NCBI GenBank assembly: GCA_951406725.2
Contig: OX597829.1
Location: forward strand, 15,128,001 to 15,192,000
Reading direction: 5' to 3'
Length of the DNA: 64,000 nt
DNA from: Octopus vulgaris
Lineage: Eukaryota
Shown here: positions 11,180 through 25,737 of the stretch, one piece after another
Layout: the number at the start of each line of letters is the position of its first letter
Position numbering within the stretch: the stretch's first letter is position 1
Position numbers and translations under genes: made by a program
Notes under the pieces: generated by a model
The model's database searches: none
What the model saw: only the letters and a program-made list of their open reading frames with translations
What the model was told of the DNA's origin: nothing

Positions 11180-13082
11180 GAGATTTCCCAGTATTTGTAA
11201 AAGTATGTGGTTGACATGATGTGTATTGGTTAAACTATCGATGCATGCACCCAAATGTGTGCATTTATTCATATAATAATCTCAAATAGAGAATTTCTAG
11301 AATGTCTTTAAAATCCCCACTGTGCCATTAATACATTGGATTTGGGGAATCCGTGTCAGTTTCTTTTCCTCTTTTCTCATGAAACCAAGTGTTTCTAGCT
11401 TTTCTGTGCAAATTTGTTGTCACGTAACCTAATTCACCTATTATAAGACCCACAGAAGAGAAAGCAGGTCAACCCCCGACACCGAGAGCATCGACGGATA
11501 CATGAATGCGCATCTAGGCTCAGCGGTTACGTAGGAAGTCGGGGACAAGAAACAGGAAGAAAGAGTGAGAGAAAGTTGGGGCAAAAGAGTATAACAGGGG
11601 TGCCCCCTCCTGCCGGAGCCTCGTGGAACTTTAGGTGTTTTCGCTCAACAAACACACACAACGCCCAGTCTGGGAATCGAAACCGTGGTCCTCCGACCGC
11701 GAGTCCGCTGCCCTAACCACTGGGCCATTGCGCCTGCTTGTGGCAGCTGCTGATGACGTAGGTGATATCTTCCACACTTGTATAGCAGATCAGTGAGGTA
11801 CTTTTATCACAACGTGGAGGTTATGTTGTATCGTTGTCCCTTTTATTTACCAGGGATTTAGTATCTACCTTCTGTTCCTGGATAGCGAAGGCATATCCGT
11901 CTAGGTGGGCTGTAATGTAACTATCCTATGTTGCAGCGAATGTTGTTGTTTTCCTCTAGCTTATGGGATATGTCCCCCATGCATTGATTTTTGTTGTTAT
12001 GATGCATGCTACTCCTTCAAGCTTCGCTTTAGGTATTCTCAGAGTAACAGTACAGTAGTTCGCCAACGCTGAAAATGTTACTCTCACTTTTGAGTATGCA
12101 TGGAATTTACTCATTTCTTTCTTTATAGCTCAGCAGGTGTTATCTGAGTTATAAAATGCAACATTCAAAGGTTTTTTAGACTGACCTTATGCCTCTACTG
12201 CCATGACTCCGACTCACATAAATCCTATCGGTGTCACTGTTAATGTGAAACTTACCAGCGGTAGCTAGTACGTTTCTACCTTTCATGTCCTAGCTGCGTA
12301 CCTCATCAAGTTCCAGTCCAAATCTTAAATATTGGTACTAGTAGCGGCACTGCAAAAGCATTGTGAGATATGGTCTTGTCAAATGCAGACAGCTCTGAGT
12401 TCCATACTTTCTGGAGTTTACAGAAGTACTCTTTTCTTATTCTGGCTTTAGTTACAGCACCAACGTATGCAACATTTTCATCAATCGCGAGATACGGGAG
12501 ATAGTCAAGCCGTTGATGTACATGTTCTCTGCCTGGTCGACAATCTTTCCTCAATTGACTATCATATATGATCATTTGTTTTGTCCAAACTCCATTCCTA
12601 TAGCTTGCGAGAATGTTGTGACTGGTTCTAATTGTCTCTTGATGTTGGTCATTTTACCAGAGTATAGTTTTATGTCATCAACAAAAAAATGTGTGGGTGA
12701 CCTTAATTTAATTTTTTTCTGCATATCTAAGCAAGTAGCTTGGCATTTTGTTAACAGGGTTGGCAAGGGATTCACTACCAGTAGAAACAACATAACAGAT
12801 AGACCATCACATAGAAAAATGCCTGTTGGTAGCTTAATCCTGTTTGTAAAAATAGACCGTGGAGATACATGTTAAGACAACTTGTGTACAGTTTATACGT
12901 AAGAATTAGGCATGCTATGGACCTATAGATTTTGGCCACATGGGTCTGTTTGCTCTTGCAGGTAAGCGTAGTCCGTGCAACCGTCAGCCAATTTGGTATA
13001 ACTGGCTCAGCATACATTGTAACAATTGCCCCGCCGAACGTGAGCTTTTCGAACCAGCCAAGTATCAGGTCTCTCCCAGGTG
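11180..13082 (-). mobile_element. R4/Dong-clade LINE relic (RT to endonuclease), interrupted by a SINE
   Basis: YRSIACLILTYKLYTSCL; THFFVDDIKLY; FSQAIGMEFGQNK; WNSELSAFDKTISHNAFAVP; many stops and deletions. Confidence 0.8.
11440..11735 (-). mobile_element. SINE family C
   Basis: Near-identical to 8930-9221. Confidence 0.85.
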
Positions 13083-13084
13083 AA

Positions 13085-13330
13085 TGCATGTATGTATGTA
13101 TGTATGTATGTATGTATGTATGTATGTATGTATGTATGTATGTATGTATGTATGTATGTATGTATGTATGTATGTATGTATGTATGTATGTATGTATGTA
13201 TGTATGTATGTATGTATGTATGTATGCATGTATGTATGTATGCATGTATGTATGTATGTATGTATGTATGTATGTATGTGTGTGTGTATGTATGTATCTA
13301 TGTATGTGTATGTATATGTATGTATGTATG

Positions 13331-13373
<43 letters not shown>

Positions 13374-13400
13374 CTTTATATATATATATATATATATATA
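13085..13400. repeat. (TATG)n and (TA)n microsatellite
   Basis: Read directly. Confidence 0.95.
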
Positions 13401-13892
13401 TCGGTGTAATCATTTATGTAATCATATGTATACAAATGTATGATACACATACGTTTATACATTCATGCATATATACATACTTGCATATATCCATACAAGC
13501 ATACATACGTACAGTATATAATTGATGCAAACAGTCACTATGAAACTTGTATTTTCGCTTAAGAACAAATATATAGAAAACAGAATATGCAATTTGTTTT
13601 GTATATATATATGTATATATAAAATTATTTCATTTCATTCCAGATAGCACTTGAAATAAATATGTGCAACGTTGTATATGCATTGACGAATAAATAAAAC
13701 ATTGAAATTAATGCGTAAAATATTTCTTATTGGATGATGTACAGCCTGAAGAAGTTTGATAATTTCCAATAATTAAATATGATATTTAATTACAAAAGTG
13801 ACTTAATCCTTTGATAAGATATGTATATATATATACATACACATGTGTTTGTTTATTTGCTTGTGTGTGTGTATATTTGTGTGCGCGTGTAC

Positions 13893-13934
<42 letters not shown>

Positions 13935-14150
13935 GTGTGTGTGGGTGTATACGAAATTAATATTTCAGATCAAAGATAAAAACATATTGAAACAAAGTGC
14001 ATTTTTCTTATTCTGAGATCTCGCCAGAAAAACTGCAGGTAGAATCTGTAAGTATGTATGTATGTGCGCAAGTATGTATATATGTATGAATGTATGTATG
14101 TATATGTGCACGCGTGTGTATATGTATGTATGTATATATATCTACATATA

Positions 14151-14238
<88 letters not shown>

Positions 14239-14287
14239 AAGAAGCCGAGAGTGAGAGAGAGAGAGAGATATACACAAGTTTTTATAT

Positions 14288-14665
14288 GTGTGCGTATGGC
14301 TGCGTATTTAAGTAGTTTGCTTTTCAACCGCATGGTTCCTGTTTCAATCCCTCTGTTTGACACATTGGGAAAGTGTCTTTTACAGTGCCCTTGTTCCGAC
14401 CAAAGCCTCATTAATCGATTTGGTAGGGAGAAACTGCTTCAAAACCCGTCCTATGTGTATGTATATCTGTATGTGCTTGCTCTCTGGTGGTTGAAACCTG
14501 GTACTGCTATGTTTACGTTTCTGTATGTCAGCAGTTCGCCAAATCGCACCGTTAGAATGAGCAGCAAACATCAAGAAAAAGTAAGTACTAATATCGAACT
14601 GATCGACTAAACTATTTCAAAGTGATGCTGAAGGATGAATGCAGTCTAACGACTTACACAAGCAT
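14288..14665 (+). mobile_element. Old, diverged SINE family A copy
   Basis: catggttcctgtttcaatccc...gggaaagtgtc...ccgaccaaagcc aligns to family A. Confidence 0.65.
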
Positions 14666-15148
14666 ATATATGTAGGTATGTATGTATGTATGTATGTGTC
14701 ACTCCTTTTTTTTTTTTTTTTCATTATTATAAATATTTCACTGAGGAGGGAGCTGGTTTCCAACAAAGATACATATAGTACCATCTTCGGGATGTAGCTA
14801 ACACAGTCAAATTCACATATGGCACCTGAGAAAACTCTTGCATATTATTATTGTTCCACTCATACATTGCACTTGTAACATCAATTTCCTTCTCTGAATA
14901 TCCCACTCTATCCAGATTCTCCTTATGTATGTATGTAAGTATGTATGTATGCATGCATGTATGTACGTATGTGCGCGTGTATGTACGTATGTATGTATGC
15001 ATGTATGTATGTATGCATGTATGTATGTATGCATGTATGTATGTATGCATGTATGTATGCATGTGTGCGTGTGTATGTATGTATGTATGTATGTAGGTAG
15101 GTAGGTATGTTTGTATGTATGTGTGTGAATGTGTCTGATTGTATGCAT

Positions 15149-15371
15149 CTCTTTTACTCTTTTACTCTTATACTTGTTTCAGTCATTTGACTGCGGCCAT
15201 GCTGCAGTACCGCCTTTGGTCGAGCAAATCGACCCCGGGACTTATTCTTTGTAAGCCCAGTACTTATTCTATCGGTCTCTTTTGCCAAACCGCTAGGTGA
15301 CGGGGACGTATACACACCACATTCGGTTGTCAAGCAATGCTAGTGAAACAAACACAGACACACAAACACAT

Positions 15372-15439
<68 letters not shown>

Positions 15440-15610
15440 GAATATACGACAGACTTCTTTTTGTTTCCGTCTACCAAATCCACTCACAAGGCATTGGTCG
15501 GCCCGGGGCAATAGCAGAAGACACTTGCCCAAGATGCCACACAGTGGGACTGAACCCGGAACCATGTGGTTGGTTAGCAAGCTACTTACCGCACAGCCAC
15601 TCCTGTGCCT
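15149..15610 (-). mobile_element. SINE family A
   Basis: Reverse complement of the 1523-1975 element. Confidence 0.85.
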
Positions 15611-15620
15611 ATATACATGT

Positions 15621-15690
<70 letters not shown>

Positions 15691-15716
15691 ATATGTATAC
15701 ATATATACATATATTA

Positions 15717-15949
15717 AAGGCGGTGAGCTGGCAGAAACGTTAGTACGCCGGGCGAAATGCGTAGCCGTATTTTGTCTGCCGTTAAGTTCTGAGTTCAAAT
15801 TCCGCCGAGACCGACTTTGCCTTTCATCCTTTCGGGGGCGATAAATTAAGTACCAGTTACGCACTGGGGTCGATGTTATCAACTTAATCCCTTTGTCTGT
15901 CCTTGTTTCTCTCCTCTGTGTTTAGCCGCTTGTGGGTAGTAAAGAAATA
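15717..15949 (+). mobile_element. tRNA-derived SINE family B (Deu/Nin-domain-like core)
   Basis: ggcggtgagctggcagaaacg...gagttcaaattcc...gcctttcatcctttcggggg cgataaattaagtaccag; the core resembles the Deu/Nin SINE domain (from memory, unverified). Confidence 0.85.
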
Positions 15950-16475
15950 TATATATGTATACATGTGTAGTATGTATGTTTTATGTACATTCGCATCTGC
16001 TGCCCACTAAGAATCATAAAAGTATGGAAATATTAGACTAAGAATCAATCATTATACTCCTAGTGTAAGTGTGATTATAGTTGTGATAATTCAAAATCAG
16101 AAGCGAAAATCGAGAGACAAGCATGGAAGCCATTTTAGATATAAAACAGAGAATTATAAATATAGACTTACATGGAAAATTTCCCTGCCTCCCGATATTT
16201 CAATATCTAACCACCTGATTTAAGCTCATATATGAGGAAATTATGCAATATTTATATTTCGTTCTTCATAGATATTTCCATTTTAAACTAAATGCTTTGA
16301 TTTAATAATTTTATTTCGTTCACTATCTTTCTGAGTGCAGAACCCAATCTGATAAAAACTGTTATCAAAAAACTTCTATCTTGAGCTTCTTGAACTCAAT
16401 GTAATTATTTGGTCTTTGGTTCTGACCAGGCGCGATATTCAAAACTGATAATCTGTAAATATAGATAATTCAACA

Positions 16476-16497
16476 TACATGCATACATGCATACATT

Positions 16498-16529
<32 letters not shown>

Positions 16530-16920
16530 TGTATGTATGTATGTATGTATGTATGTATGTATGCATGTATTTATGTATGTATGTATGCATGCATGTATGT
16601 GTTATGTATGTATGCATGTATGTATGTATGTATGTATGTATGTATGTATGTATATATGTATGCATGCATGTATGTATGCATGTGTGTATGTATGTATGTA
16701 TGCAAGTATTATTATGCATGTATATATGTATGTATTATGTATGTATGAATGTCTGTATGTATGTACGCATGCATGTATGTGTTATGTATGTATGTATGTA
16801 TGTATGTATGTATGTATGCATGCATGCATATATGTAAGTATGCATGAATGTATGTATGTATATATGTATGTATGCATGCATGTATTATGTATGTATGGAT
16901 GTATGTATGGATGGATACGT
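16476..16920. repeat. Degenerate (TATG/CATG)n microsatellite
   Basis: Read directly. Confidence 0.9.
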
Positions 16921-17089
16921 GCAAATGTGTATGCTTTGTTTTACGTATATAATGTGTATGTTTTGTTTTATGTATATGCATGTATATCTCATGCATATAC
17001 TTGCATATCTAGATACGCTCATATATACTTAAACGATAAACTTCGGGAAAGATTTACAGATTTTTACAGTTCCAGTGATTTATTGGACT

Positions 17090-19135
17090 TGAATTAGCTT
17101 TCTCCTTTCTTGTTTTTTAGAGGCCTAATTTCTCAAGACTGGTATTGGGAAGTGTGTTACACATCCCAGATTCCTAATAATTACAGGTATAAGCCTGAAC
17201 CTGTAATCTGGATAGAGTATATGCAAATTTCTCAATAGTTCAGTGTGGGCATTCTTTTTCACTGATATTCCGCTTTATATGAAAATCCGCTGGGTATTTG
17301 ATTTCCACAACCGTACACAGTTTCTCTTCTCTATCCTAAATCATTATAATATTGTGTTTACATTTCATTGAGGTTTTCATTGGGGCATTCTACCAATACT
17401 CCTTTATATCATGGCATCTACCATATTGTGGGTTCTTGTTTCTTTGTCCTCGGAGTTATTCTTTCGACGGATTTTGTCATATAGTGTTCTAGCTACATCA
17501 TCATGTCTCATCGGTAAACAATACCGTGGTGAAATTTTTGGACAACCGGTTATGGTGTGGGTGATATGTTCGGTATTATGTCCACAAAAATATTTCATCG
17601 GTTATTACATTTTGCTGGTTTTACTGTGTTTCTCTCCCTTTTGTGTATTAAATATTTGGTTGATATTTCCTCTATCTGAATTGCAAACGCATACCCTTCA
17701 GAGTGGGAGCTAGTAATCCGGTTGCTGGTCCATGATAGACTGCTTTGATGATCAATGTTTCTATCATCTCGGGGCTTTCTACTAACATGCATGCATGGAT
17801 TTTGCTGATATAAGCTCATCCTTTCATCTGATGGAACGTTGCAGTAAAGTTGTGCGTCTTTGTTGCGTATGTATTGAAGGTGATCAGACAAGGAGTGCTG
17901 CTCAAGGAGCTGCTTTTCAAGTCTTATGATGTTATCAGCCTCATGTATGCAAACTTTGTCAAGAGATGCACTTTGACAATTGGTGGTTAAAATATGTTCC
18001 CGAAGGAATGCGATACGACATTCAAATGTAGTTTGGATCGATGTTAATCCTCTGCCGCCTTGCTTTCGTTTTAGGTAGAGGTTATCTACATCACTATTGA
18101 TGTGGAAATCATGTATGCTTGTTAATATATCTTCCGGGTTTTCACAACAATGGCCCGGATCTCATCAAGCATTCAATCAAGCAGCCCAAATGTACGTATG
18201 AATAGTGGCACTGCACACACATTGTGGGCCATTGTTTTATTGAATGCGGAGAGTTCCGAGGCCCAAATTTTCGTTATTCAACTGTAATATACTTTAGTGA
18301 GACGTGTTTTGTTACAGGTCTATTGTGAGATAATATTTTAGTTCACCCCTAGATACCTGTAGCATTCCTTATCAGATATAGGAGAAACAGTTAAGTCATT
18401 GATGGAGATGTTGCTAGTCTGGTTTATAGTTTTCCCTCTTTTCATAACCATATAGCAACATTTATCCTGACCAAACTCTAACCCTATATCCTTTGAAAAC
18501 GTTATAACGAAGTCAAGGCTGTTTTTCATCACATGCCTATATCTTGCAAATAGTTTGAAGTCATCCAGAAAGAAACAGTGTGTAATTTTGGTGTTTCTGT
18601 TTCCTTGTAAACCAGTGAAATATTCTTCAGACTTTCTCAACATGAATGACAAAGGGTTTATATAAATTATAAACATCACAAGCTGTTCCCTTGGAATATG
18701 CCTCTGCGATACTGTATTCTATCAGTGATAATACAGTCACTCTTTGTGTTTAATTTAAGTCGGTGAATCACAATGAAGTCGAAATCAGGTCAGCTATGGC
18801 TTTGACAACGCTCAATGGAACTTTAGCATGTTCACGTGTTTCTAGCATCCATGAATGGAGAACAGAGTCAAAAGCTTTCTTGTAGTCTAGCCACATTCAA
18901 ACTAAGTTTCTCCTATATTCCCGCACCTTTGAGATCGCAGTTTTATTAATTAGCAATTGCTCGGTAGACTCCCTTCTTCCCAACTAATTTGTTCAGATGT
19001 GATGCTGTTATTGCTTTCACAATTGTTTTGGAGGAAGAGTTTTAAACGTGGTGTATATATTTTATACATTAAGTTTTGGCATGCAATTGGCCTGTAGGTT
19101 TCTGCCATGTGAGTGGTTCTGCATTTGGAGCGGTA
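17090..19135 (-). mobile_element. R4/Dong-clade LINE relic (RT, Zn finger, endonuclease)
   Basis: TYRPIACQNLMYKIYT; ITHCFFLDDFKLF; FSKDIGLEFGQDKC; YRYLGVN; HITHTITGCP...RHDDVAR. Confidence 0.85.
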
Positions 19136-19149
19136 TGCTTCTGGTATCA

Positions 19150-19645
19150 TTGAAAGCTTGCTAGTAAAGGTTGGTAAGATACGGTCGGTAGTAGCTTAGC
19201 TTCTTGTACCAATATCCAGGTGGCTTTCCATCCTGAAATTTTGAATCAGAGTTACAAGAATATCACCGTCATGAAGCATGAGGGTGAGCTGATATTCCGC
19301 AAGACTTAGAGCGACCGTGCGAAGGACAAGCGGGGCTCCTACCTTCGTGGACGAAACCGCGCTTCCGGGAGGGGTGGGAGGCAAATCCATCCGCCTGTGG
19401 GGAGGGCTGCTCTCCCCTCGATGCCACATATTATAACCGCATCTAAACACCCGGTGTTTTAGGGTGGTCAGTGCCACCTTGCTCCGGCGGCTGCGTGCAT
19501 GCCGGATCCATCTAATCCCCACGGATGCAGATATAACTGGTGCCGTTGGAAGGAAGGGATCCTTTAGGTCGCTCGAGGACCGGGTATTCAATACATGGCA
19601 GCACATTAACACCTGCCATCCGAGGTAGGCGAGGGCCTACGTACA
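19150..19645 (+). mobile_element. GC-rich insert, probably an L1/Tx1 ORF1 fragment
   Basis: Interrupts the Dong relic; weak resemblance (IHLIPTDADITGAVGRKGSFRSLEDRVFNTWQHINT) to Tx1-type ORF1. Confidence 0.35.
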
Positions 19646-19659
19646 TTTAGGGGACAATA

Positions 19660-20420
19660 ATGTCTTCGAATTTCTTCCAGCCATAGAACATCTTGATTAA
19701 ACTCCTTCTCTTCACTCCAGATTTTCTACCAGAAGGAGTCTATGTCTTCTCATGAAGGAGCTTCTGTGATGTTCACTGCTTCTCCTCTCATGTCTCTGTA
19801 TACTGCTGCCTGGTTCCGGTTAAATTCATTTGTTTATTGTTTTTCTCTCGGTTATTCTCTTCTGATGTCGGATTTTCTCACTGACAGCTTTTGGCTCCTG
19901 TTTGAGGGTAATCAGTTTCTGAGTTCAAATTCCGCCGAGGCCGACTTTGCCTTTCATCCTTTCGGGGTCGATTAAATAAGTACCAGTTACGCACTGAGGT
20001 CGATGTAATCGACTTAATCCGTTTGTCTGTCCTTGTTTGTCCCCTCTGTATTTAGCCCCTTGTGGGTAGTAAAGAAATAGGTAATGTTTCCAAGTGAGTG
20101 CCCCCTTTTTGCTATCTCCAAACATAATTTCTATCTCCTTCTTCACTGTTTGTTGGTACGACGTATATTAGCTCGTTTGCATGCAATAAGCATCATCACA
20201 TGACTTATGTGCTTCCGTAAATTAGCTATCGTTTTCTCTGTCTTCAAAACCTATAATGGTACTTTGTTGTTTCGGTTTTGTAGTGGTAGCCAGTGCATAT
20301 AGACAGTTATTAATCTGCCAGAATGACGGTTCATTACACTACTGTAAATACTCCACTCCAATTTCTTTAACAGCTTTTAATATTGTATCTAGTGGCTTTT
20401 TGTTTTTACTTATTTTGGTA
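19660..20420 (-). mobile_element. N-terminal part of the R4/Dong relic, with a SINE B fragment at about 19915-20080
   Basis: FNRNQAAVYRDMRG and ...FW*KIWSE motifs typical of the region upstream of R4/Dong RT; SINE B core inserted on the plus strand. Confidence 0.65.
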
Positions 20421-20531
20421 GAGTATAATTAGTCTTCCCGAGAGCCTTCCCGAGAGTCTTCCCGAGGCCAAACTTACTTTTTCTTGGAAAATTTCAGTAA
20501 GGGCTCATTTCACAAATATATAATCCTGACA

Positions 20532-20587
<56 letters not shown>

Positions 20588-21208
20588 AATGATAATCGTT
20601 GTGGTTGATAATCGTTACTATAGTCGTAATAAGGAGACAGTGGTCAGTTACTTTAACCAGTAATGTATGTATGTATTAATGTATGTATGTGTATATATGA
20701 AAGAGTATAAATTTGATTTATCATTTATTAACTTGTCAAAAATGCTGCTCACTCGGTCCTTCCTCTGCGCAAGATCAATCAAAATAGCCACGAACGTGGA
20801 CTGTAAAGAACTTCAACCAAAAACTCACTCATGGAGTGCCACCGATAGGCACGAAGTTATTGCAATACATTTAAACTGAACGTCATTATCGAGAGACGAA
20901 TGTAGAGACAACGTGTTATTTAGTTTGCGTTTCGTGGTTACATACACAAACTTCTTTGGGTGGTTAAAACCAAGTAAAGAAATAGACTGGAATGGTAATG
21001 TGCCCAATGTTTCCTCATACATACTTCTTACTTTATTCCTATTTTCATTTTAAGCTAAACATTTTAACTTAATCATTTTATTCATTTTTATTTTTATTTT
21101 TTGTATTTTTTGTAAGGACGTCACAACACAATCGTAATGAAAAGAGACACCATTTTAATTTCTTCTGTCATGAACCGCTTGAATATAATAGAGTTATGCA
21201 TCAAATAC

Positions 21209-21253
21209 TCTGCGCTGACGAGATTTGATATGGCAAAACTGACTGTCTGTAGA
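21209..21253 (+). ncRNA. Decayed type I hammerhead motif in a pLTR-like segment
   Basis: Stem I TCTGCG/TGTAGA; CTGACGA(21215-21221); weak stem II; CAAAAC in place of CGAAAC; TGACT; GTC(21245-21247). Confidence 0.5.
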
Positions 21254-21658
21254 TGTAGATAATTAGATATATGTGAAAAATATATATATTTACTTGAATT
21301 ATAATTTACTTATTTATTTTTGCTTGAAAAAACATTACTCATGAGGTTTTTTTTCCCTCTAAAAAAATTAAGCTTATGTATGTGTATATGCACGTGTGTG
21401 TCTGAGTATGTGTGTGTGTGTGTATGTGTGAGAAAGAGAGTTTGTGTATGTGTGTTTCTGTGCGTGTGCACCCACGCACATACGCATGCAAACCGATATA
21501 TGTTTGTAGTCCGGACTAACCAATATTTTATGAGGGAATTTGGTAGAAGTAATCTGTATGGAATCTTTTTATATCTATTTATTTATCTATTTATATATAT
21601 ATATATATATTTATCAATCTATTTACTTATCTATCTTTCTATTTATCTATCTATCTAC

Positions 21659-21700
<42 letters not shown>

Positions 21701-21829
21701 TTATTCATTTATTTTTCTATCTATTTATCTATCTATCTTTCTATTTATCTATTTATCTATCTATCTGTTTGCGTATGTGTACGAGTTAATGGGCAAATGT
21801 GGTAGGGTTTGCCATTGTTATTTTATAAT

Positions 21830-22860
21830 AGTTTGACTTAACCCCATGCAGCATAAAGTTTCGCAGAACAAACCTAGGACATCAAGCATTTGGAGACGGA
21901 GTAACAGGATTTGATAATGTTCAAAATGGCTATTAAATGTTAGGCTTCTCAATAACACTACGTAACCTGAGATAACCAATCAAGCATCTAAAACACATCT
22001 TGAATTTTGTTTCATCCTGTTATTCGATCTCCAGTTGCCTGATGAGCTAGGTTTGTTCTACAAGCCTACGAAACTGTAAGCTGCATGGAGCAGAGTCGAG
22101 CTGTTATTAAGTTATATACGTAACTCTTACTAACTATACTGAACGGCATATTCTTAAGTTTGAACTCCAGACTCTGCTGGGCTCAATCCGCAAATGATAG
22201 CTAAATAGTTTATAATGGAGCTACAGCCACTGCTCTACTCTTTGAAAAATATATAATTATCACGTAGGAAACTCTATTTAACGTGCCTTCTTGAAAAAAG
22301 AGAAAGTGTCTTTAAGCTTCTGCGCTAGAAAGCCTTCTTCTTTGAGAATCCGTCTACCAGCATACTTGCAGACAAGTTCGGTTTTAAATCCTGTGCTCCC
22401 CCAGTTGAAGGACCTGGAGAGTTTTGAAGATGTATTATGAACACGGAAAAGAAGGTAAGGTTTTGACCCCATTCTAACGCTTTCTTTGAATCTTTAGATA
22501 TAATATGGCAAAAATGAAGCAATCATCGAATGTAAACATCTTCACAGACAAAACAAATAGCATGTATGGCAATGATTTCCATGCATACAAGATATCATAC
22601 AAACGGTATCACCAAAACATACAAAAAGACAAACACCTCTACATACATTGACATAAACGCTAAAACGTAAGTACTGAGCACTCTGCTAATTACAGAAGAT
22701 CATATTCGCCCTAAAAAGAGAGGAATAGGCTGATATTAGAATTGTTATGAAGTTGATCCACGGTAATCGACCGGTTCCACGGCATCGAAAATAAAGCAAC
22801 ACGCAGATTTACTCTGCTCGTTATCGTGGATATTTACATTATCTAATATATAATTATATT
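21830..22860 (+). mobile_element. Penelope-like element relic: HHR-bearing terminal repeat followed by ORF N-terminus
   Basis: R*KAFFF...FGFKSCAPPVE...ESFED...KVRF...NGITKTYKKT resembles the PLE ORF region upstream of RT; HHR at 22032-22103. Confidence 0.65.
22032..22103 (+). ncRNA. Type I hammerhead ribozyme motif
   Basis: CTGATGA(22039-22045); stem II G-C closed, TAGGTTTG/CAAGCCTA; GAAA(22070-22073); stem III ACT/AGT plus CTGC/GCAG; GTC(22095-22097); stem I CAGTT-g-C/GAGCTG. Confidence 0.7.
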
Positions 22861-23549
22861 TGAAAAATGTTTGATTTGAGAAATATTAAGCTATTATATC
22901 TTGCAGGTTGATCAAACATGTATAGATTTTGTTGATAGTATTGTCAGTATCAGTTTTTTGAAACAGGATTTTAGAATATTTTTATGACTGTAACAGAAGG
23001 TGGGGTGAGGAGAGAAGTATTACATCAGTTGTGGAAAGAGTGGTTGCATACATGACCTCGTGATTTCAAAACACCACGAAGATATTTTCTCCCGTTAAAG
23101 CAGATAGCGGGATGCTCAGAAAATTTCAAGGTGTTTTCAAAGTTCATAAAACTAAAACCCAACATCACAAGTCTGGCTTTCTTAAAGAGATGTTCGTAAT
23201 TTATCTCTCATTTTAACCTAGAAATATTATTTACATTTATTTTATAGCAATATGACTTCATCCCTAACTTGACAAAAAAGGCCCAAAAGAATTTTTAAAA
23301 TCAAATATCAGTGGCGTGAAACTGGTAATTAATGATGGTCTTCGTCTTCAAACAGTTTGCCCCGGAGGTTCTGCCTGAAACGTCATGCCTCCTTTCTTCA
23401 CTACAAACTGACATTCCGCATTCAAAGGGTGTATATTGTTTTTCCCTCTTTTCTCCTTCTGTTTCAGAATTAATTTCTCTCCTTTTCTGCTCAGTCAAAT
23501 GAATGTCGCAAACTTCGACGTCTTCTTATCTTTTCCTTTCAACATTAAA

Positions 23550-23597
<48 letters not shown>

Positions 23598-23642
23598 GAG
23601 AGAGGGAGAGAAGGACTAAAGTGCATATACGCACACACATAC

Positions 23643-23685
<43 letters not shown>

Positions 23686-24171
23686 TATATGTGCTAATGT
23701 ATTTTCGTTATATTTTGTTATTTTGCTTTCTTTCTGATATTTTTTACTAACTTAATTTACTTTCTAAATTTTATATATATGTATATATATCTATTGTAAT
23801 GTCCTTGCACAAAAAGAATAAACTGGACTATCAACAGGTGTAGAGTAGGGGGTAAGGTAAATCTCCTGGCAAAATAACATCGCGCTATCTTGTGTTCTTG
23901 GCGAATTGACAAGAACACAGGAACATAAACAGACTATACACTTCACTATATATACATTCAAGTACTTTGTCCGGCACTCTGCCATTCTGCTACGTCACGT
24001 GTCTCGAAAATTCGCAAACACAATTATAAATGCACTTAAATCAGCTTAAATCAATATTTGGTTTCTAATTCTACGATTTTCGGTTGGAAAAATATGGTTG
24101 TCTTCTGATAATATGTACGATCTGCTGAAATGTTTTGCATGTTCTTCAGTTGCTTTAAGTGAGATTATAAC

Positions 24172-25185
<1,014 letters not shown>

Positions 25186-25239
25186 GATGTACATTTCTTC
25201 ACTCTTTCCATCAGATGGATTGTACCTGAACATGCGCAC

Positions 25240-25372
25240 GGTGTACCGTGCATCAGGTGCCGAAGTGATCGCAAATGTGAGATGAAATGTTTTGCTCGAG
25301 AACACAACGCAGGTCTAGCAACTGAAACCATGATCTCGCAATCATGACTGCAACACCCATTAGGCTATGCGC

Positions 25373-25376
<4 letters not shown>
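25240..25376 (-). mobile_element. Degenerate tRNA-derived SINE fragment
   Basis: Reverse complement gaggcgcatagcctaatggg...catggtttcagttgc...ttgtgttctcgagcaaaacatt resembles the family D head. Confidence 0.5.
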
Positions 25377-25420
<44 letters not shown>

Positions 25421-25480
25421 CTTTATTTGTGAATTAAGGCTACCTTTGATTTCACGCTATACATATACATATACATATAC

Positions 25481-25546
<66 letters not shown>

Positions 25547-25590
25547 GTTTGTATGTATGTATGTATGTATGTATGTATATATATATATAT

Positions 25591-25622
<32 letters not shown>

Positions 25623-25737
25623 TATATATATATATATATATAATTATATGTATGTATGTAGGTATGTAAATGTATAGAGAGAGTCAAATTTAAATTTAAA
25701 CAATTAAAGTTTAGAAGATTGTTTCCCACTCTTTTCG

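Noticed and set aside
11745-11780. Isolated CTGATGA motifs (also 26818-26826 minus and 42966-42972)
   Set aside because: No stem II or GAAA follows; consistent with chance matches.
12932-13525. Long ORFs of YVCM, YIYI, poly-I/N/L or poly-T type here and throughout the window
   Set aside because: They are translations of stop-free microsatellites with no domain content.
20753-20800. Possible 48-nt minus-strand exon (CAG|STFVAILIDLAQRKDR|GTGAGC)
   Set aside because: Splice signals are plausible, but the peptide is unrecognised and there is no partner exon; cannot be supported without RNA data.
23889-23922. TGTGTTCTTG/CAAGAACACA hairpin as a miRNA candidate
   Set aside because: A 10-12 bp stem is too short for a pre-miRNA.
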